This document shows, piece by piece, positions 43,965-55,960 of a DNA stretch of 64,000 nt. Under the pieces are notes generated by a model. It worked only from the letters and a program-made list of their open reading frames with translations. It was not told where the DNA came from and did no database searches. Position numbers and translations under genes: made by a program. The first letter of the stretch is position 1; each line of letters starts with the position of its first letter. The DNA comes from Picochlorum sp. SENEW3 (Eukaryota). The stretch spans positions 868,001-932,000 of the forward strand of contig CP120463.1 in NCBI GenBank assembly GCA_034226945.1, read 5' to 3'.

Positions 43965-46829
43965 ATGCCCCAGCCTCAGCCACCTATTGGTGGTAAACAA
44001 ATGCTTCTGGACAAGAATACGAAACTGAGTGCTCAAGTGGCAACGCAGCGAAAGGAAATCAATGATTTGAAGGACAGACTGCATAATTTAGAAAACGAAG
44101 AAATAAAATGGAAGGATACAGCTGCTTGTCTGACGTCTGTATGGGACGAGTTGAACTCATCGCTTGGCTTTTTGCAATTCAAGTACGTGGCCGTCTATTA
44201 TGGTGTCTTCTTGCTGATTCTTCCTTCATTGTTTACATATGTTTATTCAGAGTCAATGAGAGTGCCGAGGTTGCACCCGCTGGGTTGGATGCGTCTTCTG
44301 CGAAAGCTCTTCTGGAGGAGACGAATCCTTTCCTGGCCCATCTCCTTTCTAGGTACTTGCCAGACGATCCTGTGGCGGCCAAGTCGGCCAAGAACCTGGC
44401 AGATGATTTATCTGAGACGGAGAAGGCGCTTCGAAATAAAATGAAGGACACAATGGCCGTGGCTTCGTCCATTTTGAATGCTATAGAGGAAATGAAAGGA
44501 GCAGGGATTGGTGGAGGCAGCCTTCCTGGCTTTGAAGAATCCAAGCTGGCAGCTCTTGTGAATATATTAAAGTCTGAGAATGGCAAATTGGTGAAGGATT
44601 CCCTGTCGGACTCGATAGCGATCAGGCAGCTGGAGGCAGACATTGCTGATAAGGAAGCAGAGATACAAGTGCTGCATCGCAAGCTCATGATGGAGAAGAG
44701 TGTCGACAGGGGTGGAGGGGATGTGGGCGTGTCTCGGTCGGAAGAGGCCCCAGAGGGCATGAGCAAAGGGGTGTCTCGGAATGGGTCTGAGCAGAAATTA
44801 GTATTGGACCAAAAGGATGAGGCTGCACCTCAGGTGGAGGCTCTCAAGAAAGAGGTGGAGAAGAGGGATGGAGACATTGCTCGTTTGGAGAGGTATGTGT
44901 TTCTTGCAAAATGTCTAAAAAGTAGTGCCGAAGTCTGGCGCGCTAATCCACTGCGCTAAGGCGACAGAACGAGATGAACTCGTTCTCGCATAGTACCTCT
45001 ATGAAAGAGGTCAGACTATATGACCCTCCCTGTCACGGGAGTCTAGAAACCGGAATCTAGGACGATTTTACTGTCCTAAACACGGAATTTCGCCATCGCC
45101 TGCGGGGATCGAACCCGCGACCTCCAGATGACATCTGGGCGCCTTGGCGGCATAGTGCAAATAAAGAATTTTTTTTTGCTTGGATCCATGGGTGGTTGTG
45201 CGGCGCGTCGTTACATCATGTCGTTCGTCTTGTTCTTGCAGTGAATTATACACGCTGAGGCGTGAGATGGACGCAGTGTCCGAGAATACAAAGATACAGG
45301 TCGCGCAGCGCCAAGAAAAACTGGACCTGCTGACTGAAGATGTGGAAAGGGTGAAGCAAAAATTGAAAGATTCCTATAGAGAGCAAGATCGCCTGAATTC
45401 CAAGTTGCGGGATGCAGTGCGGGATCTTGAAAAAGGTCAAAGAGCTCTCAGACGTGAATCCAGGCTGGAACATGCAATATCGGAGCTGGAGGCACAGGTG
45501 AAGCGCCTTAGGACAGAGCGGAATGAGGCTGAAAGACAGTTGCAGGAATGCAAGCACAATGATTCCTCTCAGACTCGAGATGAGTTGCTTCAACAAATGC
45601 AGGGAATGGAAACAGAGATGAAGATGCTGAAATATGCGGTTTCAAAGCACCAAAAGGCTGCCGAGGTTGTGGAGGAAGCAGACAAGCTCAAGTCTGCCCA
45701 TGAGGTGGAGATTGCAGAGTATAGATCCCGGGTTGCTGACATGAATAAGCAGGTGAGCGCTTCGATGGTGAAACTCAACGATTGGATTCAAAAGTATGTG
45801 GATCAAACAAAGGTCAATGAAGAGCTCCGCTGCTTCCTGGAATTGTCCCAGGAGTATCTGGGAAAACATGAGACAATGGAGGCTAGCATCAGGGATGCCA
45901 TACACGAGTACCTGAAAACGCAGATGTCGTCTTTGGAAAATCGGTTCACAGCAGCGATGAAAGAGTCGCGTTCAGAGAGAGAAAGACAGATGACTCAAGA
46001 GATCAATGAGCTTCGGAATGAGCTCGAGGGCATCAAGGGAAAGCAGGCAGGCTTGCTTTCAGAGGTTGAAAAGGTCCGTTCTGAGAAGGCAAATTTGATG
46101 ATCGAGGCAGATACGTTTTGGAAGGAAATGGATAGTGTCAGTGAGGCTTATGAAGCTTCGCGAGATCAAAATACAAAACTGCTGTCTGCCATGTCCAAGA
46201 GAGATGAGGACAATGCCAGACTTCTGAGTGAAGCAGCTGCTGCAGCTAGAGACAAAACAATCATGGAGGAGGATAGGGATATGGCGCAAAGAATGATGAA
46301 GCCTATGGAACAAAAAGCACAAGATGCGGAAGAAAGAGCGAAAGAAATAGAAGAAAGGTTTGATCGATTATCTAAAGAGCGAGATGTCTACAGGACAGAT
46401 GTGCAGCACTCGAAGGAGCAAATAGAGTCTTTACAGAGCGAGGCCAAAGCTTTGAGAATTTCCATGGATGCATTAAGATCCGAATTATCGAACGCAAAGA
46501 AAGATATCGTGATGATAGAAGCTGACAAAGCAAAGCATTTGGCAGCATTGAAGTCTGAGAAAACAAGAGCTGATAGGGCAGAGAGGATTCTGTCAGGTAG
46601 AAAAGACCTGAAACTACAAGCGGGCGAAGAAGCGGAGAGGGAGGTACTGAGAAAGATGGTTAATTGCAGTGTCTGCTCGACACGTTTGAAAGATCGTATC
46701 ATCACCAAATGCAATCATTTGTTCTGTTCTGCATGCATTGATGTCAACTTGTCCAGCAGGCACAGAAAGTGCCCTGGCTGTGGAGAAAAATTTGGCGTGG
46801 GCGATGTGAAACCATTTTATTTTACATAA
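43965..46829 (+). CDS. HUB1: Histone H2B ubiquitin ligase BRE1/HUB-like
   Basis: Exons 43965-44182, 44251-44892, 45242-46829 splice in frame; long coiled coil and terminal RING CSVC..KCNHLFCSAC...RHRKCPGC...F...DV. Confidence 0.85.
44928..45129 (-). tRNA. Circularly permuted tRNA-Arg(UCG): 3' half 45129-45094, 128-nt spacer, 5' half 44965-44928
   Basis: Joined halves give GTCGCCT TA GCGC AGTGGATTA GCGC G CCAGA CTTCGG|A TCTGG AGGTC GCGGG TTCGATC CCCGC AGGCGAT G: all four stems pair; TTTTT terminator 6 nt after the 5' half (44921-44917). Confidence 0.92.
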
Positions 46830-46846
46830 CTGTAACTTTTATAACC

Positions 46847-49800
46847 TCATGGTGTTGATTTGCCGGAATCTCGTTCCCTCAACGGGGTTTGCTGTACAGC
46901 AGTCTTTGACTTTGATTTGACCCCACTACTGGCAGTATTCATCTTGGTCAGGACACGGTTCGCATACTTGAGTATCGTCGAATTTTTTGTCGTGCTTTCA
47001 ACTTCCAGCATTACATCAGCCACTCTCAATTCCTGGAACTTGGGCAAGCACTCATGATGAGCTGCTAGATTGCCGAGGGAGAACAAGGCTATCTGAAATG
47101 CAGTTGATTTTCCTTCGACAGCAGAAAGTGCCTCGCGAATTATCCTGAGAAGAGATTCCACTGCTCCACATGAAAGCATCTTGGGAACTAATAGAGATGA
47201 ATTTCTCACCAAATTTCCAAGAGCGCCGGCCGCATTTGCCCTCGTTCTGTCCTCCTCGTCTTCTAGCAAGCGGACTAGGATGGGCACTGCCCGCTGCAGG
47301 TCCTCGTACAGGTAATCGCTATGAAAGCCAGCATTTCCAATAGCGAAACATGCAAACTTTCTAGTTGAACGATCATCGTCCTGACACAGCTCGATCAGTG
47401 GAGGCAAAATCCCCAACTCCTGAATACTTGGATACACGGCATCGCTATACCGACAAAGATTGCCCAACAAATTGCATGCCCTTGCCCGAACGCCAGAGGA
47501 CGTTGACTCACTCAGCAAAGGGGGAATCAAGTTCATGATACCAGAGTCAACAAACTTTTCGATTTGATGCTTGGACGTCGCGGTCCTTGCCAGTTGAGAC
47601 ACAACCAGCAACGCACTGGCAAGCATGGAATCAGAATTGCCGGCATTTAGCAAGCTGCAAAATATGATAGGTCGTATCAAGATGAATACATGTCATACAT
47701 TAAATTCAGGTATGATTCAACGTACGTTTCTAATACAGCACTATCCAGACCTCCAGATCTGGCAAATATAACAACTGCTTCGTCCCCATGGATGAGCACC
47801 AGCCTAGCAAGCATTGCTGCTGAGGACGGCAACAATATCTTTCCACAAGGATCATCAAAATTCACAGAATGCAAGATTCCTACCAAATACGGAATTATAT
47901 TGGACTCTAGGCTCAGGTGGCTTTTTATAGGGTCGAGGACTTTGTCAACGTCACTGGTGAAGATTGATGCATGTGTCCACGGAGCCTGGAGGATTGAAAG
48001 CGCTGCAGCTAATATGTTATTTGCCAACGACATGGATCCTGAGGATTTTCCATTGATATACTCGTGCAGCAAATTTCTGTCCACTGCTCCCGCACCAGCA
48101 TAGAATTTCTTCGTGGCAGCAAGGAAGTTTGGGGACATGATCGAGATGAGTGTCTTCACCAGAGATTCGTTCTCCACAAGACCTTCCAGAGCACCCAAGC
48201 TATTTTCCACTCCTATTTGAATGCACTGCAAGGCATTGAGCAATCCTACTGGCGTCATTTCCATTGCATATGAATTTGAAGTGGAACCAAGGCCACCAAT
48301 AAAGTGCATTACACATGAGACCAGTCCTGCATCAATAGCACCTTTGTGATCAAAGAGAGCAAAACCGTGCACAAACCTCATAGGTCCGTCAACGAGGCCC
48401 CTAGGACATGGTGCCCCTTCTATTGACGAGAAAGCCGGGGCGCCTGGGGTAAATGTCCACGTATCCAAAATATCCCTGATCACAGGCATGCAGCCTTTCA
48501 ACGCGGTCACATGGGAATAGCGGGATCCTATGGACCAATATCTGAAAAAAAGAAGCATAAAAGATCCTATTGCATCACAGAAAGCAGCAGTAAGCACCGT
48601 GTCGGCTTTTTGATTGATAATCATGGGAATCCACTGGCCCTTCATTGCATCAAAAATCGAGGATGCAAATTGCTGTTCAAAAAAGGCAACATCCTTTGGG
48701 GCGCAGGTCTTTGAAATTCCCTCACAGATATTTGATAGTAATAAAGCTGAAGATATCATCCGAGTCCTGCTTGAATTTCTCAGCAAGCCATCCGAAACCT
48801 TGCTGAGACATACTGATTTTGATATTCTGGGCTCGAGGCGAATCAATCTGCCAAGCATGCAGGTCAACATACTGGATGAGACTGGTTGAGAATTTTCTCT
48901 CACGTGTCTCACTAGACTTTTGAATGTGTCGTTCGACTCATAAATGGATTGTGTCGTTAGAATCCAGAGAGACAACAAATGACTCGAGTCGCTAATTTTT
49001 AATGTGTTCATCACAGCTTGAACATCCTCACACAAGAGCAAACATGGTGACCAGTCAGCTCTACTTTCCAACTCGCTCACAGATCCGTGAGAACAAGGCA
49101 AAAGAGTTGCCAGACACGTCAAGGCAGCAATATCTAGAGACTCGCTTTGTGATTGCGATGACCTAGCATTATCCTCTATGCACCTGCAGATTCTTCCGGC
49201 TACCCTCTTCTTGCACAATGTGTCGATGACTTTTTCAGACATGACCTTGAACCTTGAAGCCTTATCGAGGACTGTATACTGAGATTTGAGGGCCCAATGG
49301 CGTATTCCACAACATCCTTCCTCTACCACAGCCCAGGATGTCCGGGAACTCACCAGTTCACAGCAAAGGGATACTGTTTCCAACGAGATGACCCAGTCGT
49401 TGCACTTTCTAAGAACTCCTGCAGCCCCAGCAGAAAATTGAGGATTCGCGCCAACACAGAGATGAGCTGATTTCGCTAGCAAGACGAGAACAGACACCAA
49501 CTGGCCGGTTGGATCAATCTCCTGCAAACTAGCGTTAACAGGTAACTTTGCCAGGATTTGATCCAAGAGAGTCAGGACATGCTGCGTCTCTTGTAATTTG
49601 CACCACTTGGTCAATGCCAAACCGCTTGAAGGAGGGTTGAGGGCCCCTTTTATTGCCTCTAGAATCGACGGATTGAGCAGAATATTCACAGCATCACTGT
49701 ATTCGCCTTTCTTAACTTTCCTCTCTGCATCCACAAGCACCGTCAGTATAGGGGGACTTTGATGCTGCGGATATGATAACGGTGAAGCGGATCCAGCTGC

Positions 49801-50956
49801 CTTCGATAGAGATGACGCAGCAATCGCAGACCCCATAGGCCCATCCCCTGGGGAGCCTTGCGGCGAGAACTGGGGTGGATCTAGAAACATTGGCTCGTGG
49901 CCTTGATTCGTCGATCCACCATTAGGCTTCCTCAATGCTGAAGATGCGCTTGGAACATTAATGCCACTCTTGGATGGAGACGAGCGCTTCTGGGATGGTG
50001 CACTTTTGTGATGTGGGGCCGTGCTTGGCGTAGGCACCTCGGTGCTCTCTACCTTCTGGCCAGACACAACCCTGCACTCTTCCTCAGTTCGCCTGTCCTG
50101 GACAGATTTTACCACAAAAGGATGATTCATTATTTCTGGCCAGTCAAGCCTTCTGTTAGGATCCTTTTCCAGCAAACCCTTTAGGAAAGACTTGAACGGT
50201 CCAGACATGCTGGACGGATATACTGGTGGATCGTGAACAATCTGCTTGATCAACGCATAAATTGACGACGTATAGAATGGAGGCTTCCCAACGAAGAGCT
50301 CATACAGGATGACACCCAATGACCACAAATCGACAGCATGGGTGTATGGCTTTTCCTGGACCAACTCTGGGGCCATGTACAGGGGAGTCCCTTTAATGGA
50401 GGTCAGCACGACTGTATTCTGTGACATGGCTCTTGCAAAACCAAAGTCACACAGCTTCACCGTTCCATCCGCCGCGATAAGGATATTCTGTGGCTTCATG
50501 TCTCTATGGATGATTCTATTTGAATGTAGATAGTGCAATGCATCCACCAACTGCCCAGCCAATGTCTGGACCACCTCCTCAGACAGACTGGTATCCGTCT
50601 CCAAAATCTCAAAGAGCTCACCTGCAATCAAATCATGGTCATGATATTCTTCCATGACGCCAACCAGGCATGGCATACGTACCTTGAGCAAATTCTGTCA
50701 CCACACAGAAATCACTGCCAGTCTCAAACGCGTCAATCATCTCAATGATATTCCGATGCCGTAATTTTCGCAGTATATCAATCTCCTGTCGAAGCCCTCG
50801 TATATCCTTGTCCTTTTTTCCCCTCTTGGGAATGAGTTTAATCGCCACCGTCCGTAAGTCGCCCACCTTCCGGGCCTTCCACACCTTGCCAAAAGAGCCC
50901 TCACCAACAAGCTCCAAGAGCTTGTACTCCCCGACCAGAGCCTTTTCTCCAGACAT
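46847..50956 (-). CDS. TIO: FUSED/TIO-type Ser/Thr kinase with C-terminal ARM repeats
   Basis: [81 protein letters not shown]; two introns. Confidence 0.9.
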
Positions 50957-51383
50957 CTATCAGGTATTGTGTAATTCTATGTTGACATAAATCGCCCCTA
51001 TCTATCGGTAAAAAAAGCCACAACGTCACCACCCGAGTTGCAGTTAGAGTAACAGCGTCTTATTGTTTCTCTCTTTCAAGCCTATGGACCTTCTCCAGCA
51101 TACAAAATCATTTTTTCATTCATTAAATCATTATATACAGATGATTGTGACTCTATGGGTCGTTCTTCCGGCTGAATACAAGCATTAATAAAAAGACACA
51201 GCCATGTGCTGACTCGAACATCTCCCATCCAGTACATCTGTTGATAGGCACAAAGACCGCATCTCAAAATAGTCTCGGCAAGGCGCATGCCCTTTTTCCG
51301 ATTGGTGACACGACGTATTGCCCATAATGGCATGATAAATAATTGGATAGCAGCAAGGGCATCTCTCCTCGGAAGATATCTCG

Positions 51384-51977
51384 ATGGGGACCAGCCCTGC
51401 AGATGCAACGTCGTCATCCTCAGAGGATGACGAAGAATACGCCAAATTTGCATCCGTTGCTGTGAATGCAGAAGATGTAAGACGGGAGAGCGTGTCAATT
51501 CGGGGCAAGGGGGTTTCGGATGGTGGTGCGGTTCCAGAAGGGGTTGCTACAACCGTCTCAGAGGCCCTGTGGAAAAAGTTGGATGCGGGAATAGAATTCG
51601 GAACCATCAACGAGGACTCTAATCCTTCATGCTCGACACATCATGATACACAGGGCCCTAGTAGAGTGGAGAGCAGCCCAGGGCTGCGTTTGTTTCGAAG
51701 GGGACCCACCGTCAAAGGTGACTGTACTCCTCGGAAGGAAACCACGAGACACACTGCGCGCACGGAGAGCATACTTCCAAGAAAAAGGCAAATAGACCAT
51801 GAAGGAATATTAATCAGTGATATAGAGCCTCTTATTGTGCTCGGGCAGGATATCATGGTGGGCAGGCAGAGACAAAACCCACCTCCCAGTGTGGACATCC
51901 CCAAGGCCAAGAAACGGCGGATGCTCCGTAATTTTGAACTATATAACACTCCTATTGACGTAGAGGAATATTCATAA
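51384..51977 (+). CDS. Small low-complexity protein (possibly CUSTOS-like)
   Basis: 197-aa ORF with SSSEDDEE...FASVAV, GLRLFRR and a basic C-terminus; family assignment tentative. Confidence 0.45.
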   Translation: MGTSPADATSSSSEDDEEYAKFASVAVNAEDVRRESVSIRGKGVSDGGAVPEGVATTVSEALWKKLDAGIEFGTINEDSNPSCSTHHDTQGPSRVESSPGLRLFRRGPTVKGDCTPRKETTRHTARTESILPRKRQIDHEGILISDIEPLIVLGQDIMVGRQRQNPPPSVDIPKAKKRRMLRNFELYNTPIDVEEYS

Positions 51978-51994
51978 ATACCATGATGCTTTTT

Positions 51995-52718
51995 TTATTC
52001 TGCCTTGTATGATACGAGGGCTTCTACATTGTGAACAGATGTCTTGAAAGACCTGAGCTGAACATTGGCTCCGCCCTCGATGATGCGAGGATCGCTCTCT
52101 TCCCTACGGACATGAGCAAGTACGATACATTTTGACCCAAAGTACACGATCACAACAGCCATAGATACAATCATCTAATTCATATGAGACTACGCACCAT
52201 TCACTTGGAACAGCCAAATCTTTATCAGTGTACGCTAGTAAATCTATCGAGCACGTCTCCTGCAGGAGCGGCAAAAATGTTACGCTTGCAGTTATCTGGC
52301 GAATGATTGCCTGGACTTCTTGCATCACCTGGCCCTCGTCCTTTTCCGTGGCCTCTGTCTCCCCCCTCACCACCCCCTTGTCCGTCTGAATATCAAACGA
52401 CCACCTCTCCAACACCTGTCCACTCGCTGCCCCCAAGATTACCAAGACAGCCTTCTGCAGAGTGCCAGTCTCCAACCACTTTGTAAAGTACTCTAGAACA
52501 TCCTTGAGGTACACCTGCAGTTTCATGTCCCTGACAGTCATAACGGTTATCCCATACTTTTTCGTTGGCTCGAAGTTGTCCGCTGGATACACTCCACGCT
52601 GGTATAAAACTGAACTTAAAGCATATTGAAAGAATTCTGACACCGTATTCGTCGACCCCTTGAGCAGAATGCTGTTCCGTTCAGAACCACCACCGAGTCG
52701 TTGTTGATCCGCAACCAT
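51995..52718 (-). CDS. MAD2: Spindle checkpoint protein MAD2 (HORMA domain)
   Basis: LKGSTNTVSEFF, VLYQRGVYP, VLERWSF, IIRQITASVTFLP, DLLAYT; final exon EESDPRII...QLRSFKTSVHNVEALVSYK. Confidence 0.93.
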
Positions 52719-52950
52719 TCTCTTTCTCCCGATTCCAGGACTCTAAACCACTTGATTTTTTTAGTAGTATCTATTGCTATTACAAAACAAATGGCATGAG
52801 GCAGAGACAGGCGGGTCTCCATCAAAGCGGTTGTTGTTCCTTATTTAGTTGGCCACGTGACAAACGTTGCCATTGCAATCAATTCACGTCCATCCACATG
52901 CTCGCACGGGACAAGACGTCATTATTTATTTCCACAGAGTTGATATAGCA

Positions 52951-54021
52951 ATGGAGAAGGCTCACCGACGGCCATCGTGGCACTCCTCTGTCCACCACCA
53001 CCTGGAACAGGCTGGTGAGAACGTCAAAGTAGCCTTTGTTGGGGTCCAGAATATTGTACAGCGTGCTACAGAGTCGTTACATACCTTTGGCAAGCATCTG
53101 ATGCCAGGAGATGAGGGCATGACCGTTCCTGCATTTGCATCCCTGTCTGCGAACCTGGGGAGGAAGAGAAGCCCTGCGGTGGATAACCCAATTGTTGGTG
53201 ATATTTCAGCAAGTCCAGCAGAGATTCGTGCGAGGTTGGCAGGTGTTCCCGTGTACGCTGTGGTGAACAGTAAGAAGGAGTTCATTTTGGTCAGCGGTGA
53301 CGACGACTCTGGTCGTCAGATGAGCTTCCTTTTCTTTAGCAAAGAAGATGCTGAAGGGTTTCAAGCGACGATAAAGCAGGAGAATCCTAAATTGGGCAAG
53401 ACCGCGCAGGTCTTGGCCACGTCCCTGGAGGCAGTGTATGAGCTCACCACTGCCAAGAATAAGAAATTCTCCGTGGGCGGGGCGGAAAATGTGTCATTTA
53501 GGTTCATGCCGGACAGCAAGCAGGTGATGAAGGCCTTGGATCTATATAAATCTGCCGGTATCCCCAAAGAAGGCTTTGTTGGAGTCCCGCTCTTCCAGGC
53601 TGAGGGGCTGACTGTCAAGGGGGATGCCTCCCGATACACTCCTCTCTTCTTCTCGAAAGACGACCTGGATGTGGCTCTCAAAGAGACATACTCGCATCAG
53701 TTGTCGAGTTCCTTGAAAAACTTGATGCAAAAGGTGGACAGAGCAAGGGCAGAGATGAGCGAGCTAGAGGAGCAGGTGCGCCAAGAGAAGGATGCCAAGG
53801 CAAAGAGCAAGGCAGAGAAATCACTGGCAGAGGCAAAGAAACGGGTGGATGAATACACAAGAAAGCTTCGTAAGGAGCAGTCGGAAGAAGAGAAAAAGAC
53901 GTACCCGAGGGTAGATGTGGGTAGCTTTGAGGAAGTCCTGGTCAAAATGCAGCAGGATTCCAAAGGGGATTGGTCTGATGTCATCTTTGTCCCTTTGAAC
54001 TCGTTGGCAAATAAAAATTAG
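52951..54021 (+). CDS. Tic22-family chloroplast import protein with a coiled-coil insertion
   Basis: LAGVPVYAVVN, FLFFSKEDA, FRFMPD..QV..AL, FVGVPLFQA, TPLFFSKDDL. Confidence 0.85.
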   Translation: MEKAHRRPSWHSSVHHHLEQAGENVKVAFVGVQNIVQRATESLHTFGKHLMPGDEGMTVPAFASLSANLGRKRSPAVDNPIVGDISASPAEIRARLAGVPVYAVVNSKKEFILVSGDDDSGRQMSFLFFSKEDAEGFQATIKQENPKLGKTAQVLATSLEAVYELTTAKNKKFSVGGAENVSFRFMPDSKQVMKALDLYKSAGIPKEGFVGVPLFQAEGLTVKGDASRYTPLFFSKDDLDVALKETYSHQLSSSLKNLMQKVDRARAEMSELEEQVRQEKDAKAKSKAEKSLAEAKKRVDEYTRKLRKEQSEEEKKTYPRVDVGSFEEVLVKMQQDSKGDWSDVIFVPLNSLANKN

Positions 54022-54131
54022 TAATTTTGTAATGCAAATATGTCGTATTAATACTGCGAGGAGAGATATCCTAGCCGTACCTCTGCGAGAGTGCAGTGAA
54101 CCAATGCAACTCATTTTCAGGGCGATCGGGC

Positions 54132-55072
54132 ATGGAATTTGTGATTGAAGATACCTTGTATAGAATCGATGAGTTTTTCGTTCATCCAGGGGGGGATGAG
54201 GTACGGCCCATGTGCTTGACTGGTTGCATAGTATTCTGTGGCGTTTGAGCGCTGAGGTGCGGTTTGTGTAGATACTGAGGGCTCATTCTGGCCAAGATAT
54301 TACCTCATTGTTCAATGGAACAGATGCGTCTGGCCACAAGCACGGTGCTGCAGCCAAGGACTTGCTCAAGAAATGGGAGGTGGTTGAGGGGGTGAGGAGT
54401 GATGGCCCCATTGACCTGGAGCAGCCCATTATGGATCAGCTGCCATTGGTGAAGGATAGATACATGGATTGGATCAATCGACCTGCTGCTGTGCAGCCAA
54501 TATTTTTTAGAAGCAAATCAGCGGAGCAGTTGACCAAGGTCAAATGGTGGCTCGTGCCTTTGCTATGGATTCCAATTGCATGCACCTGCCTGGTGACATC
54601 GTGTGGGTCCATCATAATGTCACGCGCTGCGATGCTATCATGCATGGGAATTCTACTGTGGCAAGGAATTGAGTACGGTTTGCACCGCTTTGTGTTTCAT
54701 TGGGAGCCTCACTGCATGCCTGCAGTATACATGCACTTTCTTTTCCATGGTTGCCATCACAAGTTCCCAACCGACGTGGACCGCCTTGTGTTCCCCCCAG
54801 TCCCGGCTTCAATCATAGCCGGATTCGTTTTTTCAGTAATTAGGATATTTTACAATTATGCAGAGTCACTCTCTGTGTTTTCTGGAGTTCTTTTTGGATA
54901 TATCGCATATGATTGCTCTCATTATTTCATTCATTCAGGCTGGTACAACAATAGGTTATCAAGAAGCCATATGCACCATCACTATGTGGATCACACCAAG
55001 AACTTTGGGATAACATCTCCTCTATTGGATATTGTCTTCAACACGATGTACTCCAAAGCAAGCTCGGATTGA
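54132..55072 (+). CDS. Sphingolipid fatty-acid 2-hydroxylase with fused cytochrome b5 domain
   Basis: Exon 1 54132-54200 (HPGG), intron 54201-54271; His boxes EYGLHRFVFH, HGCHHKFP.D..RLVFPP, YDCSHYFIH, HMHHHY. Confidence 0.88.
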
Positions 55073-55108
55073 ACCAGGCCACTCGCGTGACTTGCTCTAG
55101 GAGATGAA

Positions 55109-55894
55109 TCAATGCTTGGCCTTCCTGGGTTTCTTCTTCATGCGCGGATTGTCAGTTTTCCGACCTCGAGGCTTTCGGGACCAGTACCCTGCATCATCTT
55201 GGATGCGGTTGTACCTCTTCTTCCTAACACTGGAGAGGTATGGATCATGCATGATTTCCTCGGCCATGGTACTCTTTCTCTGCTTGTTTGTAAGCCTGGA
55301 TGAATAAAAGTCTGCTGCTGGTTCAACAACAGTACCAACGTGGAACTGAGTAGGAAATTTTGTTTCGTCAAACTTTTTGTAAAATTGCTTTGGATCAAAT
55401 GCTGATCGAAGCCTCAACACCCTCAAATCTGTTTTCAATTGGCCTGTTATCTCTTGCGTAGGTAGCTGGAACCAATCCTTAGAGGCATTTTTAGGTGGCA
55501 ATCTCCTCCGACTCGATGCTTCAATCGCCTTGTACGAGTTGCCATGTTTTGTGTCGATACCTGCCGAAGCCTTCTCCTGGCCTGAGCTCCTCCTCTCAGG
55601 CACAATGCTCACATCTGGTTTCCACGATAAGCCTGCAATCGACACTGGCGCACCAGATGTACTTTTTCCAGTGCTATTTTGAGCTTGGAAAACATCTGCA
55701 ATGGAATTGATCAGCGCATTGTCTATGGACTTTGAATCCGTCAAAGTTGCATGCCGCTCATCTCCTGCAGTCGCGCTACTCGGCGTTGGTGTTCCTTCTG
55801 AAGTCATATGCTGAGGTACTATGTTCTTATTATTCCTATTTTTCATGTATGCGGCATCAGCAGGATGGGATTTCGACCTCCTTGTTGACACCAT
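55109..55894 (-). CDS. FCF2: Fcf2-domain pre-rRNA processing protein
   Basis: DWFQLP..EIT..LKTDLRVLRLR..FDPKQFYKK...FP..FHVGTVVE..ADFYSSRLT. Confidence 0.85.
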   Translation of the reverse strand: MVSTRRSKSHPADAAYMKNRNNKNIVPQHMTSEGTPTPSSATAGDERHATLTDSKSIDNALINSIADVFQAQNSTGKSTSGAPVSIAGLSWKPDVSIVPERRSSGQEKASAGIDTKHGNSYKAIEASSRRRLPPKNASKDWFQLPTQEITGQLKTDLRVLRLRSAFDPKQFYKKFDETKFPTQFHVGTVVEPAADFYSSRLTNKQRKSTMAEEIMHDPYLSSVRKKRYNRIQDDAGYWSRKPRGRKTDNPRMKKKPRKAKH

Positions 55895-55960
55895 GGCTGC
55901 AACGTATAGAGCTGCCGTTTCTTTATCTGTCACAATTCATGCAGTAATTAATTAATTATA

